A DNA stretch of 63,869 bases, filler included, from an uncultured bacterium (lineage in GTDB: Bacteria > B130-G9), in NCBI GenBank assembly GCA_965372715.1. It is 9 parts of 6 records of this genome, joined end to end, with 100 filler letters (N's around TTAATTAATTAA, not from the genome) between each part and the next. Parts side by side here need not be neighbours in the genome. Positions count along the whole stretch, not along the records: positions 37,973 to 63,869 come from CBDVDH010000054.1; 8 more parts are not named here. One strand, 5' to 3'. Position 1 is the stretch's first letter; each line of letters begins with the position of its first letter. The translations under genes were made by a program, and so were the position numbers. Below are positions 49,994-61,981 of this stretch, one piece after another. The notes below the pieces were generated by a model. It did no database searches and had not been told where the DNA came from. It saw nothing but the letters and a program-made list of their open reading frames with translations.

Positions 49994-50428
49994 CTATCGA
50001 TTCGCTGAGGCAAGATAGCGCGCGTTGAGCCGGGCGGTGGCCCTCATGAGGGCAACTTCTGCACGCCTGACATCGATGTCTCCAGTGCCCCTTCTAGCGC
50101 TATCCAGCCTCTTCTTGGCTTTATCCCGTGCTTCCTTTGCACGCCCCTCTGAAATCGAGGCAGCGCTCTCGGCTGTCTCTGCCAGAATGATGACTCTGTC
50201 CGGAATAACCTCAGCAAAACCCGCACTGACAGCAAAGTAGCGCGTTTCCTCTCCGACCTTGTAGGACAGGACCCCCGGCCTCAAGGAAGTGAGGAACGGC
50301 GTGTGCTCGAAAAACACATCAAAGTCGCCCTCAGCGCCCGGTATGCTGACCTCGTCAACCTGCTCGAACAAGAGATGCGCCGTCGGCGTGACTATATCAA
50401 GCGAGAGCTTCTCAAGCTGTTCTTCCAA
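49994..50428 (-). CDS. atpC: F1 ATP synthase epsilon subunit
   Basis: LDIVTP, IPGAEGDF, HTPF, SAGFAEV, IILAETAE. Confidence 0.95.
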   Translation of the reverse strand: MEEQLEKLSLDIVTPTAHLLFEQVDEVSIPGAEGDFDVFFEHTPFLTSLRPGVLSYKVGEETRYFAVSAGFAEVIPDRVIILAETAESAASISEGRAKEARDKAKKRLDSARRGTGDIDVRRAEVALMRATARLNARYLASANR

Positions 50429-50490
50429 TTGCTACTCCCTTGCTCTGCCCATTTTCATGCATCATGCCTGCGCAACGGCATCGCGCTCGC

Positions 50491-50653
50491 GTAGGGGCGG
50501 TGCTTGCCCCGCCCTTCTCCAATGTGACCGACTATGAAGGGCGGGGCAAGGAGGCTGAGACATAAGTGGCCGCCCGCTCAGTGTAGGGGCAATCGCCCCG
50601 CGGTTGCCCTTTACGATCAATAAGATAGGGCAGGCACGGTGGCCAGCCCCTAC
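50491..50653. repeat. REP cluster (about 4 units) between atpD and atpC
   Basis: GTAGGGGCGGTGCTTGCCCCGCCCT; AGGGCGGGGCAAG; GTAGGGGCAATCGCCCCGCGGTTGCCCT; GGGCAGGCACGGTGGCCAGCCCCTAC. Confidence 0.8.
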
Positions 50654-50683
50654 AAGACGCAAATGCCCTTGCATATTTGTCAT

Positions 50684-53039
<2,356 letters not shown>

Positions 53040-53055
53040 ACCTAGAACCTAGCGG

Positions 53056-54564
53056 CTAGTGGAAGAACTGCTTCTTGAACTCATCAAGGCATCTCTTTAG
53101 GCTCGCCTCAATCTCCTCCGTAACCTCTTTCTTCTCTTTGACTGCCTCAAGAACATCGGGGTGCTCGGCGTCCATGAACCGATACAGCTCCTGCTCAAAA
53201 CGCTTTATCTCTTCTACCTCAATGTCATCGAGGAGGCCGTTGATCCCAGCGTAGATTATCAGCACCTGCTTCTCTGTGGGCAGAGAGATGTATTGGTCCT
53301 GTTTTAGGACCTCAACCATTCGCTCACCTCTCATGAGCTGATGTTGAGTCGCCTTGTCGAGTTCAGACCCGAACTGGGAGAACGCCGCTACCTCACGATA
53401 CTGAGCGAGGTCGAGCCGCAACGTTCCCGCGACCCGCTTCATCGCCTTCACCTGAGCGTTGCCGCCAACCCTTGAGACCGAGATGCCGACGTTAATCGCC
53501 GGACGAACACCCGAATAGAAGAGGTTTGATTCAAGGAATATCTGACCGTCGGTGATTGAGATCACGTTGGTCGGGATATACGTAGAAATATCCCCGGCCT
53601 GTGTCTCAATGATTGGGATGGCCGTGAGAGAGCCGCCGCCACGCTCATCGTTGAGCTTTGCTGCGCGCTCCAGAAGCCGCGAGTGGAGATAGAACACGTC
53701 CCCCGGGAATGCCTCCCGACCGGGCGGCCGCCGCAGAAGAAGAGAGAGCTGTCGATACGCTTGAGAATGCTTCGATAGATCGTCGTATATTACGAGCGCA
53801 TGCTTGCCATTGTCCCTGAAATACTCCCCGATCGCACAGCCGGCGTAAGGCGCGATGTATTGCAGCGTCGCCGGCTCGCTCGCGCTGGCTAAGACGACCG
53901 TGGTGTAGTCCATCGCGTCGTATTCCTGAAACGTTTTCACCACACGGGCGACGGTTGAACGCTTCTGGCCTATCGCCACGTAAATGCAGATGACATCCTC
54001 GCCCTTTTGACTCAGAATCGTATCGACAACGACTGCCGTCTTGCCAGTCTGCCTGTCCCCGATCACGAGCTCACGCTGGCCGCGGCCGATTGGAATCATC
54101 GCGTCGATCGCCTTGATCCCAGTGTGAAGCGGCTCCTTGACGGGCATCCTATCGACGACGCCGGGCGCGATTCTCTCGAGCGGGCTGAAGTTCTTGGCGC
54201 TGATCGGGCCCTTACCGTCGATCGGCTGGCCAAGCGCGTTGACGACGCGCCCAACCATCTCCTCACCAACCGGCGTCTCGGCTATCCTCTTCGTCCGCTT
54301 GACGAGGTCGCCCTCCTTGATATATCGGTCCTCACCAAGAAGAACGGCGCCAACGTTGCCCTCCTCCAGATTAAGAACCATGCCCCTGATATCGTGAGGA
54401 AATTCAAGCATCTCCCCGGCCATCGCGTTGTCGAGGCCGTAAATCCGCGCGATGCCGTCCCCGACCTCGATGACGCGGCCAACCTCAGCAAGCGTTACCT
54501 CGGTCGTGTAGTTCTCGATCTGTTCCTTGATGATCGAGCTGATCTCCTCAGGCTTTATTCGCAT
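53056..54564 (-). CDS. atpA: F1 ATP synthase alpha subunit
   Basis: [31 protein letters not shown]. Confidence 0.99.
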   Translation of the reverse strand: MRIKPEEISSIIKEQIENYTTEVTLAEVGRVIEVGDGIARIYGLDNAMAGEMLEFPHDIRGMVLNLEEGNVGAVLLGEDRYIKEGDLVKRTKRIAETPVGEEMVGRVVNALGQPIDGKGPISAKNFSPLERIAPGVVDRMPVKEPLHTGIKAIDAMIPIGRGQRELVIGDRQTGKTAVVVDTILSQKGEDVICIYVAIGQKRSTVARVVKTFQEYDAMDYTTVVLASASEPATLQYIAPYAGCAIGEYFRDNGKHALVIYDDLSKHSQAYRQLSLLLRRPPGREAFPGDVFYLHSRLLERAAKLNDERGGGSLTAIPIIETQAGDISTYIPTNVISITDGQIFLESNLFYSGVRPAINVGISVSRVGGNAQVKAMKRVAGTLRLDLAQYREVAAFSQFGSELDKATQHQLMRGERMVEVLKQDQYISLPTEKQVLIIYAGINGLLDDIEVEEIKRFEQELYRFMDAEHPDVLEAVKEKKEVTEEIEASLKRCLDEFKKQFFH

Positions 54565-54606
54565 CTAATCCTCCAGTCAGCCTCTAGAAGGTGATGTTCA
54601 GAAGGA

Positions 54607-55164
54607 CTAACCACGGCCAGCCTCCAATAAGCCGCCGATACGCCCCTTAACTTTCATGAGCTCCGACTCAAGCGTCGCGTCGAATAGCCAATCGCCGATC
54701 CTAACCGTGAACCCTCCAAGAAGTGAATTATCCTGCCTCTGCGTCAGCAAAACATCGCCTCCCAAGAACTCGCCCAGACGCTCCCGCAACCTCTCTACGT
54801 CCTCAGCTGGCAGCTCAATAGGAACCAACAGCTCACCGCGAATCCTGCCGAGACGGCGATCGGCGTCTCGACCAAATTGAGCCACTATCTCGCCGATCAA
54901 CGAGATGCGAGAGTGTCGAAGCAAAACGTGAAAGAAGTTGAACAGAACCTGCGGAGGCTCGAGCCTGCTAAGCACCGCATCCAAGAGCTTCTGTCGAACG
55001 TGAAGCTCCAGCGTATTGTTATTCAGAGTATTGCAGAACTCCTGTGACTCGCGCACCAAATTACCCATGGCACAAAGCTCCTCGCGAATCTCGTCCAGCT
55101 TGTCCTCAGGAACTACCTCACAAAGCGCCTTGGAGTAGCGCCTCGCCAAGAGGGCCTTTTTCAT
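54607..55164 (-). CDS. atpH: F1 ATP synthase delta subunit
   Basis: ARRYSKAL, SLLGGFTVRIGDWLFDAT; position in operon. Confidence 0.93.
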   Translation of the reverse strand: MKKALLARRYSKALCEVVPEDKLDEIREELCAMGNLVRESQEFCNTLNNNTLELHVRQKLLDAVLSRLEPPQVLFNFFHVLLRHSRISLIGEIVAQFGRDADRRLGRIRGELLVPIELPAEDVERLRERLGEFLGGDVLLTQRQDNSLLGGFTVRIGDWLFDATLESELMKVKGRIGGLLEAGRG

Positions 55165-55763
55165 GCGCGCCTCCCGATTGCGGACATCCGAGCCCTGATC
55201 AGAGCGAGTTGAATCTCGGGTGTAAGCTTCTCTAGAATCCGCGACCGAGCCAAATCCACACAGCGTCCGGCCATTTCCTCACGTATCTCCTGCCGAATCT
55301 CACGCTCGCGACCCTCGAGGGTTACGTGGGCCTGCGCCACGATGTTACCCGCACGCTCCTTGCCATCGTCTATCAGCCCGTCTCGCTCCATATCGCCCAG
55401 CTCCCGCGCTCGCGCAAAGAGCTGCTCGATCTCATCATCAACCCCGTCGATCGCGCGCTGCGCGTCCTCACGCTCCGCTCTCGCCTCCTCAAGCTGAGAC
55501 TTTGTGCTGGTCAGCAACTCGTCAACGTCGGCGATCTTAGAATCAATTATCGCAAGCAGGGGCTTCCTAAGAAAATGGTAAATCAGTCCCACGAAAATCG
55601 CGAAGTTGACGAGCTTCATCGTCTCAGGATACGGATGATCGGCCACCCTGAGCACAAAATTGATTATCAGGTAGGCCCCAAGAATATAGACGACCGTCAT
55701 CGAACGCCTGAGGAACCCTTTAGAACGCTCCTGCTTCCTGTTTTCGCTATCCTGCATCGTCAA
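55161..55763 (-). CDS. atpF: Fo subunit b
   Basis: VNFAIFVGLIYHFLRKPL followed by a long charged helix. Confidence 0.88.
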   Translation of the reverse strand: MTMQDSENRKQERSKGFLRRSMTVVYILGAYLIINFVLRVADHPYPETMKLVNFAIFVGLIYHFLRKPLLAIIDSKIADVDELLTSTKSQLEEARAEREDAQRAIDGVDDEIEQLFARARELGDMERDGLIDDGKERAGNIVAQAHVTLEGREREIRQEIREEMAGRCVDLARSRILEKLTPEIQLALIRARMSAIGRRA

Positions 55764-55765
55764 TC

Positions 55766-56197
55766 TCAGATGTTTACCGCAGACAGTATTCTTGAGACGA
55801 TCTGGTCCGCCATGGAGCCTATCTCCTCATCCTTCACGGCGAGAAGCGACTCTCGCTTCGCAGCCAAGAGCTCCTTCTCGCCCTCGGAAACAACTCGCTC
55901 CGACTCGTCCATCGCTTCATCTATCAAACGCAGACGCTCAACACGACCGTCCCTTATCAAGCCATCTCGAAGCTTGATCCCCTCTTTTCGCGCAGCGCGG
56001 ATGCGGCTTGAGTATTCCTCGCGCATCTTCCGCGATTCGGCCTGAAGCTTCTCGATCTCCTCCTTGCGACCGGCAATCAGACCGTCTCGCCGGTCTATAT
56101 GCCTCATCAAAGGTTCCCATAGGACCCTCTTCAAGACGAAGACCAAGAGCAAAAAATTGATAGCCTGAATGACTATCGTAAGGTTTATGTCAACCAT
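55766..56197 (-). CDS. Fo subunit b' (second b paralogue)
   Basis: QAINFLLLVFVLKRVLWEPL..RR followed by a coiled coil. Confidence 0.88.
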   Translation of the reverse strand: MVDINLTIVIQAINFLLLVFVLKRVLWEPLMRHIDRRDGLIAGRKEEIEKLQAESRKMREEYSSRIRAARKEGIKLRDGLIRDGRVERLRLIDEAMDESERVVSEGEKELLAAKRESLLAVKDEEIGSMADQIVSRILSAVNI

Positions 56198-56250
56198 ATC
56201 CGCTCGTTATCCAATACGGGCAACAGCCAACGGGCGTATGCAATACGCCC

Positions 56251-56508
56251 CTAGCCGCCGACCACGAAGATCAGAAGCAGCGCAACCACCAGCGAGTATA
56301 TCCCGGTCGACTCGGAGACCGCCTGGCCAATGAGCATCGTTCTGGTCAGGAGGCCCGCCTCTTTGGGCGCCCGAGCGATGCCCTCACACGCACGGCCGGC
56401 CGCATAACCCTCGCCAATGCCGGGGCCTATCGCGCCAAAACCCATGCAGATGCCCGCTCCTAGGAGCGCGGCTGCCTTGATGATAGTAGTAGAAGTTACT
56501 TGATCCAT
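56251..56508 (-). CDS. atpE: Fo subunit c, single hairpin, Na+-binding type (85 aa)
   Basis: GAIGPGIGEG (E33) and GQAVSESTGIY (E66/S67/T68/Y71); GAGGAG RBS before ATG 56508. Confidence 0.95.
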   Translation of the reverse strand: MDQVTSTTIIKAAALLGAGICMGFGAIGPGIGEGYAAGRACEGIARAPKEAGLLTRTMLIGQAVSESTGIYSLVVALLLIFVVGG

Positions 56509-56595
56509 AGCATCTCCTCTCAAAACCGTTCTAGATTGACGACAAGACGCCGCCAAATAAGGGCAACAGAACCCATGAATACACAGACTCCAAAA

Positions 56596-57558
56596 TCAAA
56601 CCACAAATAGCAAAAACAACGCAACAATCAACGAGCCGATAGCGGGCGATTGCGCAACTGCCTGACCAATAAGCATGACCCTCATCACCACAGAGCTAGT
56701 CCGCTCGTTGATCCGAATAGCTGTGCAGGCCGAGGCTGCGGGCATCCCTGTCCCAATTCCCGCGCCTATTGCGCCCATTCCCATCGACAGCCCGGCGCCC
56801 AGGAACGCCGCTATCTTCACGATACTGGCGCCATCGCCGTGCGCAAACATCAACAGGAAGGCGATAACCAACGCAAAAATGGCCGAAGTCTGAGTAACCG
56901 CCTGACCGATAAGCATCATCCCGAGGACCTGGCCCCGAACTTCCTCGCGCCTCGCGACGACGGAGCAGGCTGCCCCACCGGGTAGGCCCCCTCCAATGCC
57001 GCTTCCAAAGGCCCCAAAGCCCATCGCTATTCCTGCTGAAAGGAGCCCAAACGCCTTCTCCAAACCGCCGGAGAAGGCCGAGTAGAGCAGTATGAACGCC
57101 ACCACGAGCGCAAATATCACGGGCGTCTCCGCAACGGCCTGACCCACGAGCATCGTCCCGGTCACCTGACCGCCAATTGTGGGACGCCTCGCCACGCCAT
57201 CGCACGTCCGACCCGCGCAGTAGCCAACGCCAATCGCGACGCCAAATCCGGCGACGCCGACCGCTATCCCGGCGCCCATGAGAGCTGCCATGTTCAGCAC
57301 CGCGTCGCCCTCTAGCCCGACATTCGTGCTGATCATCAGAACTGCGATTACCAGAGCAAAAATGCCCGACGTCTCCGTTATCGCCTGGCCGATCAACATT
57401 GTCTTGACAAGCTGACCGGAAGCCTTTGGTTGACGGGAGATGCCGAGCGCGGTCTGCCCCGCGGCGTAACCCTCACCGATGCCGGCGCCTATCGCGCCAA
57501 ACCCCATGCAAATCCCGGCCGCGAGATACTTGACGGCCTCTGCCCAGAAGACTTCCAT
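56596..57558 (-). CDS. atpE: Four-hairpin (8-TM) Fo subunit c, 320 aa
   Basis: Four tandem ~80-aa c repeats: MLIGQAITET, MLVGQAVAET, MLIGQAVTQT, MLIGQAVAQS; lies between atpB and the single atpE. Confidence 0.93.
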   Translation of the reverse strand: MEVFWAEAVKYLAAGICMGFGAIGAGIGEGYAAGQTALGISRQPKASGQLVKTMLIGQAITETSGIFALVIAVLMISTNVGLEGDAVLNMAALMGAGIAVGVAGFGVAIGVGYCAGRTCDGVARRPTIGGQVTGTMLVGQAVAETPVIFALVVAFILLYSAFSGGLEKAFGLLSAGIAMGFGAFGSGIGGGLPGGAACSVVARREEVRGQVLGMMLIGQAVTQTSAIFALVIAFLLMFAHGDGASIVKIAAFLGAGLSMGMGAIGAGIGTGMPAASACTAIRINERTSSVVMRVMLIGQAVAQSPAIGSLIVALFLLFVV

Positions 57559-57573
57559 TACTACCTTTAGATT

Positions 57574-58257
57574 CTAATCCGAACGAACCGCTACAGAAGT
57601 GTAGGTCAAGAACAGCATTGTGAACACGAACGCTTGAACTGAACCCACAAATACGCCGAAGAAGCCATTCAGAAGTATCGGCACGACGAGGAACATCAGA
57701 AGGTGGGAAACAACGATTATGATTATCGCTCCACCCATGATGTTGCCGAAGAGACGGAATGAGATCGATATGACCTTTGCCAGCTCGCCGACAACATTGA
57801 GCGGCATCATAAAGAAAATCGGCTGGAAGAACTCCTTTACGTATTCCATGACGCCCTTGGCCCGAACCCCGGAGACGTGCCAGATGAAAAAGCCCATCAC
57901 ACCAAGCGAGAGCGGCGTATTGATGTCCTTGGTCGGCTCCTCAAGACCGGGGATGATCCCAATCCAGTTGGACAGGATAAGGAAGATAAACAAGGTCCCG
58001 ATTAGCGGAAGATAGGCCCTATCGTCGCGCGCCAAAGCATCCTCTACGAGGCCATCAAAGAACCGGGCCAAAAGCTCGACAACCAGCTGCACACGCCCAG
58101 GAACCTCCTTGAGCCGCCTGGCAATCAGAACCGCGGACACGATAATGATGGCCATCACGACCCAAGTCATGAGCACCGTAACATAGTTGACGGTGCCAAA
58201 CGGGGAGCCCGGTTCGCCAAACAATTGTATCTGGGCTACGTGCCCTATCTCTTCCAC
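57574..58257 (-). CDS. atpB: Fo subunit a
   Basis: VPGRVQ, PTKDINT, ISISFRLFGNI (conserved Arg), QAFVFTML. Confidence 0.95.
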   Translation of the reverse strand: MEEIGHVAQIQLFGEPGSPFGTVNYVTVLMTWVVMAIIIVSAVLIARRLKEVPGRVQLVVELLARFFDGLVEDALARDDRAYLPLIGTLFIFLILSNWIGIIPGLEEPTKDINTPLSLGVMGFFIWHVSGVRAKGVMEYVKEFFQPIFFMMPLNVVGELAKVISISFRLFGNIMGGAIIIIVVSHLLMFLVVPILLNGFFGVFVGSVQAFVFTMLFLTYTSVAVRSD

Positions 58258-58263
58258 GCTGCG

Positions 58264-58719
58264 CTAAACCTCCCCAGAAAAGACACCAGAGCGCCTCTTC
58301 GAGCTCGCGACGAACCGACTTATCACAGGTTCGTAAAGGATAAGTATCACGTTGCAGAGAAATATCCCCGCAACGACAGACGCGAAATCGATCCACGAAC
58401 ACCGCGCCCCGATCAAGAGCGCCAAACCGTACAGCAAAAACCTGGGCAGAAACCACTTGAACGAGAAAGCCGCCGCGCTGGTCGATCTCCCAATTGAAAA
58501 AAGCATGAGCGACTTCTTGGCCGCGAGCGAAAACCCCACGATGCTGACAACCGACCCAAGCCCAAAACCTAGAGCAACGGCCCAATAGCCAAGTAGCGCG
58601 CTTGAGGCGCAGATGACAAGAGCGGAACCGGCGGCGATTCGGATCACGCGCCGCCTGAAATCGAGCATGTATTTTACTTGTTCGTCTATCTCAGGTAACC
58701 TTTTCAACCAATCTGTCAA
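58264..58719 (-). CDS. atpI: ATP synthase protein I (UncI-like, 4 TM)
   Basis: Four hydrophobic segments; directly upstream of atpB. Confidence 0.7.
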   Translation of the reverse strand: MTDWLKRLPEIDEQVKYMLDFRRRVIRIAAGSALVICASSALLGYWAVALGFGLGSVVSIVGFSLAAKKSLMLFSIGRSTSAAAFSFKWFLPRFLLYGLALLIGARCSWIDFASVVAGIFLCNVILILYEPVISRFVASSKRRSGVFSGEV

Positions 58720-59003
58720 TCGTCTTTCGTTTCATCGCCTTCACCAGCAGCCGCTGGAGGCACAAATCCCTTCAGAAGTACCCGGTATACGTTCCAGAAA
58801 GCTGCGCCAATCCCGAACAATATACCAACAATCAGGAAAGTGTGGCCTGTGTCAAGCCACCTGTCAACGTAGAATCCCGCCGCAAAGCCGACGCCAATGG
58901 CGATGACCATCGTTAGGCCGATCTGCGTAACAAGCGAGATACTCCTGAAGAACTCCTTCGCAGCGTCGTCCTGGGGCCGCCTCACCTTTCCGGCACGAGG
59001 CAC
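58716..59003 (-). CDS. AtpZ/AtpI family (ATPase gene 1) membrane protein
   Basis: TQIGLTMVIAIGVGFAAGFYVDRWLDT..F.IVGILFG; first gene of the operon. Confidence 0.85.
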   Translation of the reverse strand: MPRAGKVRRPQDDAAKEFFRSISLVTQIGLTMVIAIGVGFAAGFYVDRWLDTGHTFLIVGILFGIGAAFWNVYRVLLKGFVPPAAAGEGDETKDD

Positions 59004-59091
59004 TCAAGTCTCCTGTGCTTTATTTGGTAATCTCTAGCCAACGACTCCATTGAAACCACTGCCCAGCAAGCCGTCCCTGGGGGACAATCGG

Positions 59092-59120
59092 AAGCTACTT
59101 AATGCGCAATTGCAAGTCAA
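59092..59120 (-). promoter_or_regulatory. Putative sigma70 promoter of the atp operon
   Basis: Minus strand TTGACT-17 nt-TAGCTT. Confidence 0.5.
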
Positions 59121-59329
59121 CATTTTCTCAAGAGTGGCTTCACTCAGCAATGCTGAGACATAAGTCACAGGTAGCTGTGCAAGGGCGAGCTTGGGCTGAA
59201 AAGGAGGATTGCCTTTTTCCCTTTTTGTCCGCCGTAGTTCGCAGCGCGGCGAACGAAGGAGGATTCGCCGGTCTCCGTTCTATCGGAGACTCGACGAACG
59301 GCGAACGGAAATCCCTCTCGACCTTCGAC

Positions 59330-59359
59330 TTGACATTTCGAGCACGCAATCACTATGTT
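59330..59359 (+). promoter_or_regulatory. Putative sigma70 promoter of the ftsB-tRNA unit
   Basis: TTGACA-18 nt-TATGTT. Confidence 0.5.
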
Positions 59360-59402
59360 ATACGTGTTTGGCGTCTCCGCCTAACCTGTGAAGGGAGTTT
59401 AG

Positions 59403-59702
59403 TTGATAAAGAAGACGCTCTGGTTGAGCATCGTTGTCTATGTATTCGGGCTGTTGTGGGTCTCCTTCTTTCAGGAGAGTGTCCCGCAGATGAACAGCCT
59501 GCGCAGACAGCGAGACGCTTGGTCGCTGAGAGTCTCAAAGAGAATTGCTGAGAACCTCGAGCTTGAGAATGAGATCGAGGGGCTCAAAAGCGATTTTAGA
59601 TATTCGGAGAAGATACTTAGAGAGAACTTGTTGCTACACAGAAAGGATGAGCTGATAATCCTAGTCCCTGATGACTGGGCGCCGCAGGGAGTTGGCAGCT
59701 GA
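59403..59702 (+). CDS. Septum formation initiator (FtsB/DivIC family)
   Basis: N-terminal TM, coiled coil ENLELENEIEGLKSD, then EKILRENL...KDE. Confidence 0.8.
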   Translation: MIKKTLWLSIVVYVFGLLWVSFFQESVPQMNSLRRQRDAWSLRVSKRIAENLELENEIEGLKSDFRYSEKILRENLLLHRKDELIILVPDDWAPQGVGS

Positions 59703-59750
59703 GGCTCCGCATAAACTGCGGAGGCTTTGCTATTTCCTCTCTTGATGCGT

Positions 59751-59827
<77 letters not shown>

Positions 59828-59834
59828 CACTCAT

Positions 59835-59908
59835 GGCGGTGTAGCTCAGCTGGTTAGAGCACGCGGCTCATATCCGCGGCGTCCGGGGTTCAAGTCCCTG
59901 CACCGCCA
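59835..59908 (+). tRNA. tRNA-Met (CAT), probably elongator
   Basis: GGCGGTG/CACCGCC acceptor stem, TAGCTCAGCTGGTTAGAGC D arm, CGCGG-CTCATAT-CCGCG; followed by CCT, so CCA is not fully encoded. Confidence 0.9.
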
Positions 59909-59916
59909 CCTCGCAC

Positions 59917-59945
59917 TTGACAATCGAAGCTGCGTGCATTATGGT
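59917..59945 (+). promoter_or_regulatory. Putative sigma70 promoter
   Basis: TTGACA-17 nt-TATGGT. Confidence 0.5.
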
Positions 59946-60080
59946 TCTATTATAGTCATATTGTTATCCTTGTTCGTTATCGATCATAAGGAGTTTTTTC
60001 TTTAATCACTTGCATGCCTGAGAAACATCGCCTCCTGCTGTGGCGGTGTTTTTCCCGGATGCAGGCCCATTTTTCCAGGA

Positions 60081-61877
60081 GTGATAGCCATGAAATTGAA
60101 ACTCACCTTGATCGTCACAGCCATGATCGTCATAACCGCTTTGTCTGTCTTCGCTTGGAATAACATCCTGACTTGCAAGCCCCCGCCAAATGAGCGACCG
60201 ATGCCTGTCCATAAGGAGGAGGCAGACGCTGCCGACCTGCTGATGTTACATCCAAGAACACTGCCTTCCCCGCGCTCAGATGGCTTTCAGCTTATGGGCA
60301 GCAATGAATTCGTGCAAGTCAACTACGACGGTTTTGGGGGGGATCAGGATGATAGGAGACACAGATGCCAGACATTCGCCATCCAGCAGTTCACCCGGAG
60401 CGTGGGAAACGAAACGAAGACGGAGCTCTACGTGGGAGTAGAAGCTGGTGCCAGCAACCGTTCGCAGGTCTGGCGCAGCGATTACCCTCCGGCTCCCGAA
60501 AGCTGGTTTCAGGTGGCCAAGGACGGTTTTGGTGATCAATACAACCAGCACATTGATTCTGCAGCTGTCTTCAAGGACAAGTTTGATCAGACCAAGCTAT
60601 ACATGGGCGTGTGCAATGAGGAGACGGGCTGTCAGGTTTGGTGCACCGACGGGTCAGAGGACACGGGTAACGAGCCGTATCTCAAGTGGACCAAAGTGGC
60701 TCAGAACGGCTTTGATAGCGATAACGGCAACGCCTATTGTATGGCCGTGTTCAAAGGCTACGTCTATGTTGGCACGTTCAACACGAACACTGGGTGCGAG
60801 GTGTGGCGGAGTAATAACCCTGCGACAAGTACAGGTAGTTGGGAGCCGGTTAATTACGGGGGCTTTGGCAGCGCGGACGACAATGAACCCGACAACATCT
60901 GCGTGATGGATATGATCGTCTTTAACGGCCAGCTCTACGCGGGAACGTGGAATACGGACCATACCCAATCGACGGTAGGCCGCATATTCCGCTACACTGA
61001 AAATGGCAAGGATTGGACGGAGGTCTGGGATGGGAACGTTGGGGGCAATTGGTACGCTATAGCTGCCCGGTGTTTCGCGGAGTTCGAGAACGAGCTGTAC
61101 GTTGGCATTTTCCATGATGCGGGTTCAGGCGATGACATTTTCAAATATGAGGGTGGCTCTACTTGGACGGGTGTTTGCATTATAGATGGCACGAATGAAA
61201 GTGACGTCATAGACCTGATCAACTTCTATGACATGAACGGCGAGGACCCACCAGCGAGCTTCCTTTACGCCACTACTGGACAGGGCGACCTGGACTTGGT
61301 CTGGCGCAGCAGCAACGTGACAGACTGGGTTGAGAGAAGTGAGAATGGATTTGGGGACGACAACAACGATAGTCTATTCTGCTTCGGAACCTTTGGTAAG
61401 CGTCACGACTTCAATGCACTCTATGTCGGCACCTGGAATGACTCCGACGATACGGGAACCGGCACGGAGATATGGCAGACCCCCATGACTGAGACTGATT
61501 GCACCTACATCACGCTCGAGTCGTTTGAGGCGGTCGCGCGGAAGGACGGCTCGATACTACTGCATTGGGTCACCGGGACCGAGATCGGGACTGCCGGGTT
61601 CGACCTCTATCGGAGCGAGTCCCCTGACTTCGAGTCTTTTGAGAAGATCAATCCAAGAATGGTCGAGCCAACTGGGTCACCTGTCGCGGGCGCCGAATAC
61701 AAGGTGCTCGACAGGTCCGTCAAGCCCGGAACGCTCTACTATTACTTCTTGGTCGAGATAGACGTCAACGGCAAGATGTCCACTTTCGGCCCCGTTCAGG
61801 CCAGGGCCAGGATTCCGGTTCCCGAGGTCTTCGAGATGTATTCCGCCATCATCCAGATGGACACGTTCGGCGTGTAA
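60081..61877 (+). CDS. Secreted beta-propeller protein with C-terminal FN3/Ig-like domain
   Basis: Signal peptide; repeats F...LYVGT.N...GC.VWRS...W..V...GFG; terminal ITLESFEA..ILLHWVTGTEIGTAGFDLYRS module. Confidence 0.8.
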   Translation: MIAMKLKLTLIVTAMIVITALSVFAWNNILTCKPPPNERPMPVHKEEADAADLLMLHPRTLPSPRSDGFQLMGSNEFVQVNYDGFGGDQDDRRHRCQTFAIQQFTRSVGNETKTELYVGVEAGASNRSQVWRSDYPPAPESWFQVAKDGFGDQYNQHIDSAAVFKDKFDQTKLYMGVCNEETGCQVWCTDGSEDTGNEPYLKWTKVAQNGFDSDNGNAYCMAVFKGYVYVGTFNTNTGCEVWRSNNPATSTGSWEPVNYGGFGSADDNEPDNICVMDMIVFNGQLYAGTWNTDHTQSTVGRIFRYTENGKDWTEVWDGNVGGNWYAIAARCFAEFENELYVGIFHDAGSGDDIFKYEGGSTWTGVCIIDGTNESDVIDLINFYDMNGEDPPASFLYATTGQGDLDLVWRSSNVTDWVERSENGFGDDNNDSLFCFGTFGKRHDFNALYVGTWNDSDDTGTGTEIWQTPMTETDCTYITLESFEAVARKDGSILLHWVTGTEIGTAGFDLYRSESPDFESFEKINPRMVEPTGSPVAGAEYKVLDRSVKPGTLYYYFLVEIDVNGKMSTFGPVQARARIPVPEVFEMYSAIIQMDTFGV

Positions 61878-61981
61878 GAATGGACGAGGCGGGTGTTGGA
61901 CCCGCGCCGAGTCCAATGCCCTCATTTGTCGATCTCTTGCCGCCATTCAGGCGCTTCGCAATCAGGACAGCCCTTGACGGC

